A DNA stretch of 32,000 nt from Zymomonas mobilis subsp. mobilis ATCC 10988 (GCF_000175255.2 NC_017262.1:810001-842000), one strand, 5' to 3'; counted from the first letter of the stretch, positions 19,216 through 28,389 are shown. A program made the numbers and translations. The notes: a model not told the origin generated them from the sequence alone.

Positions 19216-19422
19216 GCTCGAATCCATGCGTTTATATCCTGCGTATACGTAGGAATTAGGCATTGCATACCCATTTGAATTTTCTCAAAATCTTTTCACT
19301 AACAACATTATATTTTTAGACACATCCAAAAATACACAAACAATACCAATAAAAAAGAAGAAAGAATGCAAAAAATTTATTTATTTATTTAAATATTTTT
19401 ATATAATACTAAAAAAGTAATT

Positions 19423-20097
19423 TTGAGATTCATCATGATTTATTTTATTTTTACAATAATTATTTTACTATGTTTTGCAGGTATACTTGTTCCTTATATT
19501 AAAGGAGTAAATAGAGGCCATTTTATAGCAGCTACTATAGGTGTAGCATTTTTATATGGAACTTTTACAAGCAACAAAGAAGAACAGAAAAAAGATAGAA
19601 CAATTTCAGAAAACAACACAGAATTTTCTAATAAAGTACAGGTTACACCAAATTCTAATGATAAAAAAGTAGAATCTTCACCATGGGTTTATAGTGAAGG
19701 CAAAGATGAAATGCGTGGAACCACCTCTTATTTTGCATCAATCACCAGCCTAAACAATGTATATTTCCCATTTCCTTATGATACATCATATGCTCATGTA
19801 ATGATTAGAAGAAGACCTAAAGATGGATTGAATATACTATTTTCAGTAGATTCAGGGCAAATACTCTGTCATTCTTTCTCAAGGAGTTTTTTTTCAGTAA
19901 AATTTGATGATAAACCCATTCAAAAATTTAAATGTTCAAGTTCTGATTCAGGTAGATCTGATATATCTTTTATTGAATCTGCAACCTCATTTTTGAAACA
20001 AATAAAAAATTCTAAAAAAATGATTATAGAAGCGCCATTTTATGAATCTGGCAACCAACAATTTACATTTAATACAAAAGATTTAAAATTTGATTGA
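19423..20097 (+). CDS. Hypothetical protein with N-terminal transmembrane segment
   Basis: ATG-start 224-aa ORF in a very AT-rich region; hydrophobic N-terminus MRFIMIYFIFTIIILLCFAGILV, then a WVYSEGKDEMRGTTSYFAS...NNVYFPFPY...VKFDD domain of no certain function. Confidence 0.75.
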   Translation: MRFIMIYFIFTIIILLCFAGILVPYIKGVNRGHFIAATIGVAFLYGTFTSNKEEQKKDRTISENNTEFSNKVQVTPNSNDKKVESSPWVYSEGKDEMRGTTSYFASITSLNNVYFPFPYDTSYAHVMIRRRPKDGLNILFSVDSGQILCHSFSRSFFSVKFDDKPIQKFKCSSSDSGRSDISFIESATSFLKQIKNSKKMIIEAPFYESGNQQFTFNTKDLKFD

Positions 20098-20105
20098 ATA
20101 GGATT

Positions 20106-20314
20106 TATAACTGCCGCACAGGCAGCTTAGAAACATAAAATTTATCTATGATGCCTATGATACTGGTTCACTGCCGCGCAGGCAGCTTAGAAAATTAAAG
20201 GAAACCCATTTTCCCGCCTTGTCTTGTTCACTGCCGCACAGGCAGCTTAGAAACTTGATGGAAGTTTACGGGATTACAATACAGTCGTTCACTGCCCCAC
20301 AGGCAGCCTCCAAC
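20106..20314 (+). CRISPR. Small type I-F-like CRISPR array, 4 repeats and 3 spacers, terminal repeats degenerate, no adjacent cas genes
   Basis: Repeat GTTCACTGCCGCACAGGCAGCTTAGAAA (28 nt) at 20106-20133 (first 5 nt are TATAA), 20166-20193 (one mismatch), 20226-20253 (exact), 20287-20314 (5 mismatches). Spacers 32, 32 and 33 nt. Confidence 0.88.
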
Positions 20315-20436
20315 ATAAAAGCATTTAAAAACAACCACTTAACTACCAATATATTATACCCTTTAAAAAATATTATACATTTTTTCAAAGATTTAGGTTG
20401 ACGAAAGCCAAAAATCCGCGCATTTGCGCTTGAGGT

Positions 20437-20510
20437 GGCTCGATGGCGGAGTGGTTACGCAGAGGACTGCAAATCCTTGCACGCCGGTTCGATTCCGGCT
20501 CGGGCCTCCA
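20437..20510 (+). tRNA. tRNA-Cys (anticodon GCA), CCA encoded
   Basis: GGCTCGATGGCGGAGTGGTTACGCAGAGGACTGCAAATCCTTGCACGCCGGTTCGATTCCGGCTCGGGCCTCCA; acceptor, anticodon and T stems pair, loop CTGCAAA. Confidence 0.95.
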
Positions 20511-20866
20511 GATTTCTTTTTATCGGCTGAAGGCAAATGGCCTCACCCTGCCGACATCTCCTAAATTTATCCTCCTAATAGATACATCCTGCCATAATGG
20601 GACAGCTGTCAGCTATCCCCTCAACACCACCGTTCTATTTCAAAACATTCTTTTCGCTTTTCTTCCCACTATCCCGATAATTCTCATATCCTCTCTTTTC
20701 ATCGCTTCGATCGCCCTCTTTTGATATAGATGCGAAACCGCTATATTACGTCTTCACAGGCTGGCGATATGGCCAAAACACAGTCCATAAGCCATCCGTC
20801 TGTTCACGACCTCCCCATTTTCACTTCAACTCTTTTCGATCAAAAGAGAACAGGGTATTTGAAAAT

Positions 20867-21340
20867 ATGACTAAGAAAACACGCGGAACCGCTTTTCTTG
20901 AAAAAGCAGGCATTGCTTTTACCGTTCATCCCTATGACTACGATCCCAAGGCATCAGCCGCTGGATTACAAGCCGCCGAAGCCCTCCAGCAACCCGCCGA
21001 GATCGTCTATAAAACTCTAATGACTGAAGTCGATGGCAAGCCGGTTTGCGTCGTGGTGCAGGTCAATCACGAAGTCTCGATGAAAAAATTGGCTGCCGCA
21101 GCAGGGGGAAAATCAGCCAATATGATTAAACCTGTCGATGCAGAACGGATGACCGGCTATCATGTTGGTGGGATTAGCCCTTTTGGTCAGAAGAAACGCG
21201 TTCCGGTCATCTTTGATGAATCTGCGTTTCAGGCTGAAAAAATCTTTATCAATGGCGGTCAGCGCGGGGTATTAGTCGCTCTTGCTCCCGAAGATGCTCG
21301 TCGCGCTGTTGATGGCAAAATCGCATCGGTCGCCAATTAA
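20867..21340 (+). CDS. ybaK: YbaK/EbsC-family Cys-tRNA(Pro) deacylase
   Basis: RGTAFLEKAGIAFTVHPYDYD, AEIVYKTLMTEVDGKPVCVVVQV, GYHVGGISPFGQKKRVPVIFD. Confidence 0.9.
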   Translation: MTKKTRGTAFLEKAGIAFTVHPYDYDPKASAAGLQAAEALQQPAEIVYKTLMTEVDGKPVCVVVQVNHEVSMKKLAAAAGGKSANMIKPVDAERMTGYHVGGISPFGQKKRVPVIFDESAFQAEKIFINGGQRGVLVALAPEDARRAVDGKIASVAN

Positions 21341-21352
21341 CCTCGATTCTCA

Positions 21353-22936
21353 ATGGCCATAAATAAGGAAAGAGACGAACCCTTTTCTTATTTATGGCAA
21401 ATTCTTTTATTTTTGACTGATCTGCCCTTGCAGAAAAGGACAAGCCTTGCTCAAAGATGCCGCATGACTGTGATGATCGACATGGGAAAAGATCCCAAGG
21501 GACAAGTTGTCCCGATGGATCTCGAAGAATTGCTGGCAACAAGATTGTTGGTTCAGGGTAATTCCGGTTCCGGTAAGTCCCATTTATTGAGGCGGATGCT
21601 GGAAAAAAGCGCCCGTTTTGTGCAACAGATTGTCATTGATCCCGAAGGCGATTTCGTCACCCTCGCAGAACGCTTTCCTCATGTTGCAGTCGAAGCAGCG
21701 GCTTATAATGAATCCGAAATTCGGGTTTTGGCGCAAAGAATTCGTGAACATCGCGTTTCCGTGGTGCTTAATCTCGAAGGTCTTGATGTCGATAACCAGA
21801 TGAAATGCGCGGCGTGGTTTCTGGCAACGCTTTTTGATGCTCCGCGCGATCATTGGTATCCAGCAATTGTCGTTGTGGATGAAGCCCAGATATTCGCTCC
21901 CGCCCAAGCAGGAGAAGTCTCGGACGAAGCACGCCGTCTATCTCTCGCGGCTATGACAAATCTGATGTGCCGTGGCCGGAAAAGAGGCCTTGCCGGTGTC
22001 ATTGCAACCCAACGTCTTGCCAAATTAGCCAAGAATGTTGCCGCCGAAGCCTCAAATTTTCTCATGGGGCGTACTTTTCTTGACATCGATATGGCGCGGG
22101 CAGCCGATTTGCTCGGCATGGATAGAAGACAAGCCGAAAGCATCCGCGATCTTGAAAGGGGCCATTTTCTCGCCCTAGGGCCTGCTTTATGCCGCCGCCC
22201 TATTGCGGTCAAAATTGGGGAAGTCGAGACTAAGAGCCGGACAGGCGGATTTAAACTGATGCCGCTCCCCGACAGCAAAAATAGCAATCCCGAAGATTTG
22301 CTCTTCTCTGAACCAGAAGAACCGGCTTTACCTTTGGCCTCGCCGGAACCACCTCCACCGCCGTCATCCAGTCAATTGATGGAATTGCTACAAAAGGAAA
22401 AGGAAGAAGAGGCGAAAATAGCCGAGGCAGAAGCCGCCGAAAATCCGGTCGATAATAGCCAGAAAGAAGCGCTCATTGATGCCCTACTTTCCAGCATCGT
22501 CGAAGAAGAAGAAAATGCTTACCGTCAAGCCAATCTGCTCTATCCCGAATTTACAATCGGTTGTCGGATGCATGGCCTATCCACTCCGCCTTTGGATTTA
22601 ACCGCCTTCACCAAAAGGCTGACTATCGCCAAGGCAGGGCTTAGCAATGACGACTTACAGGATGAATTGTGGCAACCAGCGCTTAAGGCAGCCAGTATCC
22701 TAGAAGACGATATACAAGCGGTGTTCTTGTTCTTGGCAAAAACCGCCAAAGAAAATGCCCCCTGCCCTGATGATGAAATGATTGCCCGTATTTATGGCAC
22801 GCGCTCGGCTGGGCGTGCCAGACGGCTGATCGGCTATATGGAAAATCAAGGCATTATCGCTATCAGAACCGATTTTGGCGGACGGCGCAGCATTACTCTT
22901 CCGGCTTTAGGCTGGACGACCAGCACAGCCGCCTAA
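21353..22936 (+). CDS. HerA/DUF87-like ATP-binding protein
   Basis: Walker A QGNSGSGKSHLLRRML, Walker B WYPAIVVVDEAQIFAP, RGRKRGLAGVIATQRLAKL, SNFLMGRT. Confidence 0.85.
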   Translation: MAINKERDEPFSYLWQILLFLTDLPLQKRTSLAQRCRMTVMIDMGKDPKGQVVPMDLEELLATRLLVQGNSGSGKSHLLRRMLEKSARFVQQIVIDPEGDFVTLAERFPHVAVEAAAYNESEIRVLAQRIREHRVSVVLNLEGLDVDNQMKCAAWFLATLFDAPRDHWYPAIVVVDEAQIFAPAQAGEVSDEARRLSLAAMTNLMCRGRKRGLAGVIATQRLAKLAKNVAAEASNFLMGRTFLDIDMARAADLLGMDRRQAESIRDLERGHFLALGPALCRRPIAVKIGEVETKSRTGGFKLMPLPDSKNSNPEDLLFSEPEEPALPLASPEPPPPPSSSQLMELLQKEKEEEAKIAEAEAAENPVDNSQKEALIDALLSSIVEEEENAYRQANLLYPEFTIGCRMHGLSTPPLDLTAFTKRLTIAKAGLSNDDLQDELWQPALKAASILEDDIQAVFLFLAKTAKENAPCPDDEMIARIYGTRSAGRARRLIGYMENQGIIAIRTDFGGRRSITLPALGWTTSTAA

Positions 22937-23112
22937 CATCAATCACAAGGGCAGATGGCTTTATCTCAACTCTGCCCTTTTACATAAACAACAAGCTGTT
23001 TTTTCAGATACAGACGACCAACGCTCTTTCGTCCGCTTTCGCAAAAAAAGCCTTTTACCCTATCGCCTTCATCCAGACGCAAATTTGCATCATGCCTTCC
23101 GACATCCTAGCT

Positions 23113-23128
23113 TGTTTCACGTGAAACA
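23113..23128. promoter_or_regulatory. Putative ParB-binding parS site
   Basis: Perfect 16-bp palindrome TGTTTCACGTGAAACA. Confidence 0.82.
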
Positions 23129-23155
23129 ACAGGATCAACAATATTCAATAAAAAA

Positions 23156-23182
23156 GGCGCCCTCTTCTTAAAGAGAGCACCC
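23156..23182 (-). terminator. Putative Rho-independent terminator for 23203-23544
   Basis: Minus strand GGTGCTCTC-TTTAAGAA-GAGGGCGCC (with G-T pairs) followed by TTTTTT. Confidence 0.7.
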
Positions 23183-23202
23183 TTCAAACCCATTATCCAC
23201 CA

Positions 23203-23544
23203 TCAATTTTCGCGAAAATATTCCAGAAGCTCTTCCTTAAAATCAGGCATCTTACTGGAAACCATTTCTTTCAACTGGTCGTGTTTAATATCGCTGTGGA
23301 CAAGACGGTTATGCGATATATCGTAAAGGACGCGTCCGGACTCACCTTTAAAAACCACAGGAATTTCGGCAATCACAGCACCACTATCTTCATAAAGAAA
23401 GATATGATCAAGGGCATTAGCGGGTTTAACTGATAGCTGATCTGGGTCATCGACCATATAATTCATATGATCCATAATCTCAGCGGCCATGCGGTGCCTT
23501 ATTCCGGCAGACACTTCCAGTTTTTTATGGGACATAACAAGCAC
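23203..23544 (-). CDS. Hypothetical protein
   Basis: 113-aa ORF followed by a predicted terminator; no recognised motif; start may be one of the nearby internal Mets. Confidence 0.6.
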   Translation of the reverse strand: MLVMSHKKLEVSAGIRHRMAAEIMDHMNYMVDDPDQLSVKPANALDHIFLYEDSGAVIAEIPVVFKGESGRVLYDISHNRLVHSDIKHDQLKEMVSSKMPDFKEELLEYFREN

Positions 23545-23724
23545 CTTTACTCTTTCCGCCCTTTGCCCTCATTTTACTCGACAAAAGGCGTCTTTATGAA
23601 AGGTAATACGTTAATTCAGGCCTTTTTGTTCCCCAAAAACCCAATCCCGATAAAAGTGATCGCCGTCAATGCCGTTTCAAAAGCCGACATAAATTCCTGC
23701 CTTGCCCGATATTTTCACCCGCTT

Positions 23725-25074
23725 TTACTTACCGCTAGGCTTTCCTTTTTTTCTTTCCTGTCGCAAATGCTCCCAAAAAGCTAACCTCTCCGTGATATGC
23801 TTTTCATAACCCCGTATATTCGGTTGATAGAGGGTCACAGGCGGCAAATTCTCCGGCCAGTAATTATCCCCTGAAAAAGCATCGGGCATATCATGGTCAT
23901 AGTGATACCCCTCACCATAACCCTGCTGTTTCATCATCTCGGTTGGTGCATTAAGGATATTGGGTGGTGGCAAGACAGAGCCGCTTTCGCGCGCCAAAGC
24001 CATTGCCTGATTATAGGCCTTATAGATCGCATTGGATTTGGGTGCGGTCGCGACATAGACACAGGCTTGAGCAATCGCCAGCTCGCCTTCTGGCGAGCCT
24101 AAAAGCTGATAAGTCTCTTTAGCCGCAATACACTGCTCCATAGCCCTAGGATCAGCCAAGCCCACTTCTTCATTGGCCATACGGGTCAAACGGCGCAGCA
24201 GGTAAAGCGGGTCTTCACCAGCAACCAGCATCCGCGACAAATAATAAAGCGCGGCCTGCGGATCAGACCCCCTTACTGATTTATGTAGCGCCGATATCAA
24301 ATTATAATGGCCATCCCGATCTTTGTCATAGATCGCCATCCTTTTTTGAAGGATTTGCGCCAATTCTGGCACGGATAAAGATTTTGTCAGATTCATTGCC
24401 AACAGGATTTCTGCCTGATTTAGCAAAAACCGACCATCACCATCAGCCGAAGCGATTAAGGCTTTTCGGGCATCTTCATCCACAGGCAAAAGCTGACCAG
24501 AAACCGTCTCGGCTCTTTCTAGCAACAAGCCCAAGGCCTCTTCATCCAGACGGTTCAGCGTTACCACTTGGGCGCGGGACAACAAAGCCGCATTCAAAGC
24601 GAAAGACGGATTTTCAGTTGTCGCCCCTACCAAGACAAAAGTGCCATTCTCGATATAGGGTAAAAAGCTATCCTGTTGCCCTTTATTGAAACGATGGATT
24701 TCATCAATAAAAAGAAGAGTCTGACGCCCCTGCTGTCGATGATGCTCCGCTTTTAAAAAAATCTTTTTGAGATCGGCAACACCTGAAAAAATGGCCGATA
24801 CCATTTCAAACCGTATCCCGACCGATTCAGCCAAAAGCTGGGCAATACTCGTTTTTCCCGTTCCGGGCGGGCCCCATAAAATCAGAGAGGATAACCGACC
24901 AGCCGCCACCATTCGACCAATAATGCCGTTTTCTCCAGTGACATGCGCCTGCCCGATCACATCAGATAGATGCTTGGGGCGCAAAATATCCGCTAAAGGC
25001 CGATTTTCAGGCAAAGGCTGTTTTTCATTTTCGGTAAAAACAAGCGGCTCTACAGAATTGAATAAATCATCCAT
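23725..25074 (-). CDS. rarA: Replication-associated recombination AAA+ ATPase RarA/MgsA
   Basis: LADILRPKHLSDVIGQAHVTG, LWGPPGTGKTSIAQL, LLFIDEIHRFNKGQQDSFLP, LVGATTENPSFALNAALLSR. Confidence 0.93.
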   Translation of the reverse strand: MDDLFNSVEPLVFTENEKQPLPENRPLADILRPKHLSDVIGQAHVTGENGIIGRMVAAGRLSSLILWGPPGTGKTSIAQLLAESVGIRFEMVSAIFSGVADLKKIFLKAEHHRQQGRQTLLFIDEIHRFNKGQQDSFLPYIENGTFVLVGATTENPSFALNAALLSRAQVVTLNRLDEEALGLLLERAETVSGQLLPVDEDARKALIASADGDGRFLLNQAEILLAMNLTKSLSVPELAQILQKRMAIYDKDRDGHYNLISALHKSVRGSDPQAALYYLSRMLVAGEDPLYLLRRLTRMANEEVGLADPRAMEQCIAAKETYQLLGSPEGELAIAQACVYVATAPKSNAIYKAYNQAMALARESGSVLPPPNILNAPTEMMKQQGYGEGYHYDHDMPDAFSGDNYWPENLPPVTLYQPNIRGYEKHITERLAFWEHLRQERKKGKPSGK

Positions 25075-25244
25075 CTACCAATCATACAGGGTAAACGCCC
25101 TTTTTGGCTATCGTTAGCACGGGGTTTTTTACAATAAAATCTCTTCCAGAATCGCTCGAGTTATACTCACGACTTCGCTAGCCAATTTCACTCTGAATAG
25201 CCGTCCCGAACCGTGCCCACCTCCAACCCACATAAACAAAAAAA

Positions 25245-25270
25245 GGCAACGCTCGAATAGAGGCGCTGCC
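25245..25270 (-). terminator. Putative Rho-independent terminator for the DHODH-like gene
   Basis: Minus strand GGCAGCGC...GCGTTGCC followed by TTTTTTT. Confidence 0.7.
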
Positions 25271-25272
25271 CT

Positions 25273-25288
25273 TGTTTCACGTGAAACA
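25273..25288. promoter_or_regulatory. Putative ParB-binding parS site
   Basis: Perfect 16-bp palindrome TGTTTCACGTGAAACA, identical to 23113-23128. Confidence 0.82.
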
Positions 25289-25342
25289 GAATGGAGCAAA
25301 CATCGCATAACGCCAAGTCTGCCCCTTTAAATCTAAGCTAAT

Positions 25343-26410
25343 TTAAGCCAAAAATTTCTTAGTTTCTTCTGCCAAATGTGGATTCCACATAGATCCCGTG
25401 GCGGTCATCACAGCATTCGCACCCGCCTCGATATAAGCCTTATAATGTTCAGGCTTATTCACGCCTCCAACACCCACAATAGCATAATCGAGTGATTTTT
25501 CTTCACGAAAAGCTGCCAAACGCTGCACCATTTCCAGTCCAGCCCAACGGATAGCATCACCGCAAACCCCACCTTCAGGACGGCTCGGGGATAAAGCAGC
25601 TTGCCCTTTTTCATCGAGAGGCCGCGCACTCAAAGTATTAATCGTGCTAAACCCACTTACTAGATGGCCAACGCGCGAGACGAGATCGGCTAGCTTGGCA
25701 TTATCTTTGAAATAAGCGGTCTTAATCAACAAAGGCCGATCCGGCACAGCTGCTTTGATAGCTTCTACAATCTTTTGAACCAAAGACGCATCAAAGCAAA
25801 GCAAGCTATTCACACCTTCATTGGGACAGCTCAAATTCGCTTCCAAAACAGGTGCGCCGGTTTCCGCAACCATACGGGCAGCCAAGGCATAATCTTCTTC
25901 AATCTTGCCCTTGCCGCGCGTGCCTTGGAAACTGCCGATCATGACCTGATGATCCGAAGCTGCTTTAACCGCTTCGGCCATATCCGGCTGCCAGATATCA
26001 GGGTTAAAGGAAGGCACTCCAAAAGAATTGGTAATCGATAAAGGCTGATTATAACGGGTATCCGCTAAAACCGCTTCACAATCGGCACTCAAGACACCTT
26101 CGGGATGAATGGCTAGAACATTCGGCAAAGGATGGCTTTTATGCTCCTGCGTTCTAACCGTCTTGTAAACGCATAGATCAAAACCCGCATGAAAAGCCGC
26201 CTTGATATAGCGACTGTTCAACAAAGGGCCTGCCGGAATACCAAAGGGCAGATCAACCGAACATCCAAGAAAAGAAACCGGCTTTTTCACCGAAACCGCA
26301 AAAGAAGGAGCGGGCTTTTCGACAATATCTGCGAAATAGCCGAAAGGGCCTTCCTTATAGTTATCTTCATAACTCAATTCAGGATTGTAATATGGAATTT
26401 CGGTTTTCAT
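25343..26410 (-). CDS. Dihydroorotate dehydrogenase-like flavoprotein
   Basis: VDLPFGIPAGPLLNSRYIKAAFHAGFD, LEANLSCPNEG, LLIKTAYF, GFSTINTLSARP, AIVGVGGVNKPEHYKAYIEAGANAVMTATG. Likely start at 26410 (MKTEIPYYNPEL). Confidence 0.75.
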   Translation of the reverse strand: MKTEIPYYNPELSYEDNYKEGPFGYFADIVEKPAPSFAVSVKKPVSFLGCSVDLPFGIPAGPLLNSRYIKAAFHAGFDLCVYKTVRTQEHKSHPLPNVLAIHPEGVLSADCEAVLADTRYNQPLSITNSFGVPSFNPDIWQPDMAEAVKAASDHQVMIGSFQGTRGKGKIEEDYALAARMVAETGAPVLEANLSCPNEGVNSLLCFDASLVQKIVEAIKAAVPDRPLLIKTAYFKDNAKLADLVSRVGHLVSGFSTINTLSARPLDEKGQAALSPSRPEGGVCGDAIRWAGLEMVQRLAAFREEKSLDYAIVGVGGVNKPEHYKAYIEAGANAVMTATGSMWNPHLAEETKKFLA

Positions 26411-26699
26411 GCTCTGGCCTCCCAAATGATTCCCGAGAGGAATACAGAAATATCCTTTCATCAGGAAACAAGTTTTTTAAGATAATCGCCCGATATAACC
26501 GGATTTAAGATTTTTCGGGTAATATTTATATCGTCATTTTTCTATCGCAGCAGAAGAGGCAGCTGAAAAAAATCGACGAATAGAAAACCGCATATCCTGC
26601 CTTATTGATCAAACGTATAGCTAAAAATCAAACCAAGCTATTGTCTAATATCGCCCTCTTTTTTGATATAAAAACCGCCTCTTTCATGAATACAGAAAA

Positions 26700-26717
26700 G
26701 GGGAGCCAAAGCCCCCC
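26700..26717 (-). terminator. Putative Rho-independent terminator for hcp
   Basis: Minus strand GGGGGGC-TTTG-GCTCCCC followed by TTTTC. Confidence 0.6.
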
Positions 26718-26751
26718 TTCCCCGTAGAATAAATTAAACTCTTTGAATCTA

Positions 26752-28389
26752 TCAGGCGGCTTTAGCAGCCAAGATTTCCTGCAAATCCTCTTCGGCAGAA
26801 TTACCGATTGGTTTAATATCGAAATTATCGACCAGAATTTTCAGCATATTCGGCGTGATAAAGGCCGGAAGCGTCGGGCCCAAGCGGATACCCTTCACAC
26901 CCAAATGCAATAGAGCCAACAACACACAAACAGCTTTCTGCTCATACCAAGACAGAACAAGCGATAAAGGCAGACTATTCACATCGGTATCAAAAGCCTC
27001 GGCCAAAGCCAAAGCGACCCGAATAGCGGAATAGCTGTCATTGCACTGCCCCATATCGAGCAAGCGCGGCAGATCGCCAATTTTACCAAGATCCAAATCA
27101 GTGACACGGAATTTACCGCAACCCAATGTCAAAATGACCCAGTCTTTGGGAGCCTTCTCGGCAATATCGGTAAAGTAATGTCGACCGCTTTTGATACCAT
27201 CACAGCCACCGACCAACATGAAATGCTTAATATCACCTTTCTTGATCGCCGAAACAACCGCATCGGCAGAATCAAGAACTGTATGATGACCAAAACCAGC
27301 GATATGGGAACGGCTTTCCTGATCTTCGGTAAAGCCTTCACTCTCAAGCGCGGCTTCAATTACCTTTGAAAAGTCACGATCAGGCAAATGGGTCAAGCCC
27401 GGCCAACCGACCAGATCACGGGTAAAGACGCGACCGGCATATTCTTTTCTCGGCTCCATCAGACAGTTGGTTGTCATGACGATCGGGCCTGGGAAATTGA
27501 TAAATTCCTGACGCTGAAGCATCCATGCACCGCCATAATGGCCAGCAAGATGCGGATATTTATTCAATTCGGGATAACCATGGGCGGGCAACATTTCGCC
27601 ATGGGTATAGACCTTGATGCCGGTATCTTTGGTCTGCTCCAAAAGCTCTTTCATATCAAGGAGGTCATGCCCCGATACCAAAATCGCTTTTCCTTTTGAC
27701 GGGCCCATTTTAACATTAGTTGGAACCGGATGGCCAAAGGAGGAAGTATTAGCCTTATCGAGCAGAGCCAGCGTCTTATAAGAGGCTTCACCACAACGCA
27801 TCACAACAGCTAACAAAGCTTGGATGTCAAGGCTGTGATCGGTCAGAGCGGCCATGCCTTCCAACAGGAAGTTATCGACATCGGGATCACGATAATCCAA
27901 AACCGCTGCGTGATGCGCATAGGCGGCCATGCCTTTCATGCCATAGGTCAGAAGTTCCTGAAGACCAGTGACGTCGATACCAAGCGTTTTCTGACGGCTC
28001 GCAATGCCATAGGACTCCCCCTGCTTGACCAGCGTTTCACGATCACGTGAAAAATCAAGCGTTGCAGCCAGAGGAAGCTCGACATCTTCAGGTAGTTTGG
28101 CTTTCAGCGCATCGCGGAAGTCAACCAGATGATAAAGGGCTTTGGTCAAAACATCGGCGTCGAAATTGACATTCGTCACTGTCGAGAACAAGGCCTGAAT
28201 GACCAGTGAAGCGGCTTCTTTTCGCTCTGCCTCACAGCTATCCGGCAATTTCTTGGCGACATAAGAAAGACCTGCCGATGCAAAAATCATCAGATCCTGA
28301 ATAGCCGCGACTTCAGGGGTTTTGGTGCAAACACCCCGAATAACGCAGCCGGTGCCGCTGTGTGTCTGTTCACACTGAAAACATAGCAT
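26752..28389 (-). CDS. hcp: Hybrid cluster protein / hydroxylamine reductase
   Basis: N-terminal MLCFQCEQTHSGTGCVIRGVCTKTPEVAAIQD cysteine motif, VLVSGHDLLD-type, TTNCLMEP, VGGCDGIKSGRHYFTD, LTLGCGKFR, DMGQCNDSYSA. Confidence 0.95.
   Translation of the reverse strand: MLCFQCEQTHSGTGCVIRGVCTKTPEVAAIQDLMIFASAGLSYVAKKLPDSCEAERKEAASLVIQALFSTVTNVNFDADVLTKALYHLVDFRDALKAKLPEDVELPLAATLDFSRDRETLVKQGESYGIASRQKTLGIDVTGLQELLTYGMKGMAAYAHHAAVLDYRDPDVDNFLLEGMAALTDHSLDIQALLAVVMRCGEASYKTLALLDKANTSSFGHPVPTNVKMGPSKGKAILVSGHDLLDMKELLEQTKDTGIKVYTHGEMLPAHGYPELNKYPHLAGHYGGAWMLQRQEFINFPGPIVMTTNCLMEPRKEYAGRVFTRDLVGWPGLTHLPDRDFSKVIEAALESEGFTEDQESRSHIAGFGHHTVLDSADAVVSAIKKGDIKHFMLVGGCDGIKSGRHYFTDIAEKAPKDWVILTLGCGKFRVTDLDLGKIGDLPRLLDMGQCNDSYSAIRVALALAEAFDTDVNSLPLSLVLSWYEQKAVCVLLALLHLGVKGIRLGPTLPAFITPNMLKILVDNFDIKPIGNSAEEDLQEILAAKAA

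Noticed and set aside
20219-20401. 60-aa plus-strand ORF across the CRISPR array
   Set aside because: Translates through repeats and spacers; the repeat structure explains the sequence.
19423-20510. Complete novel CRISPR-Cas or toxin/CRISPR-RNA addiction module
   Set aside because: No cas genes or recognisable toxin in the window; the adjacent ORF has no identified toxin motif. Kept only as a mini-array finding.
20443-20724. 93-aa plus-strand ORF starting inside tRNA-Cys
   Set aside because: N-terminus is the translated tRNA gene; no conserved domain seen.
20867-22936. YbaK plus HerA-like ATPase as a defence pair
   Set aside because: The ATPase carries a HerA/DUF87-type core but no partner nuclease (e.g. 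NurA or SIR2) is adjacent; YbaK is a housekeeping deacylase. Adjacency alone is insufficient.
23467-23784. 105-aa plus-strand ORF between the hypothetical gene and rarA
   Set aside because: Overlaps the 5' end of 23203-23544 and the 3' end of rarA on the opposite strand; no domain or ribosome-binding evidence.
27129-28050. Short ORFs overlapping hcp (27129-27359, 27178-27369, 27388-27699, 27820-28050)
   Set aside because: Embedded in the strongly supported hcp coding frame; coincidental open frames.
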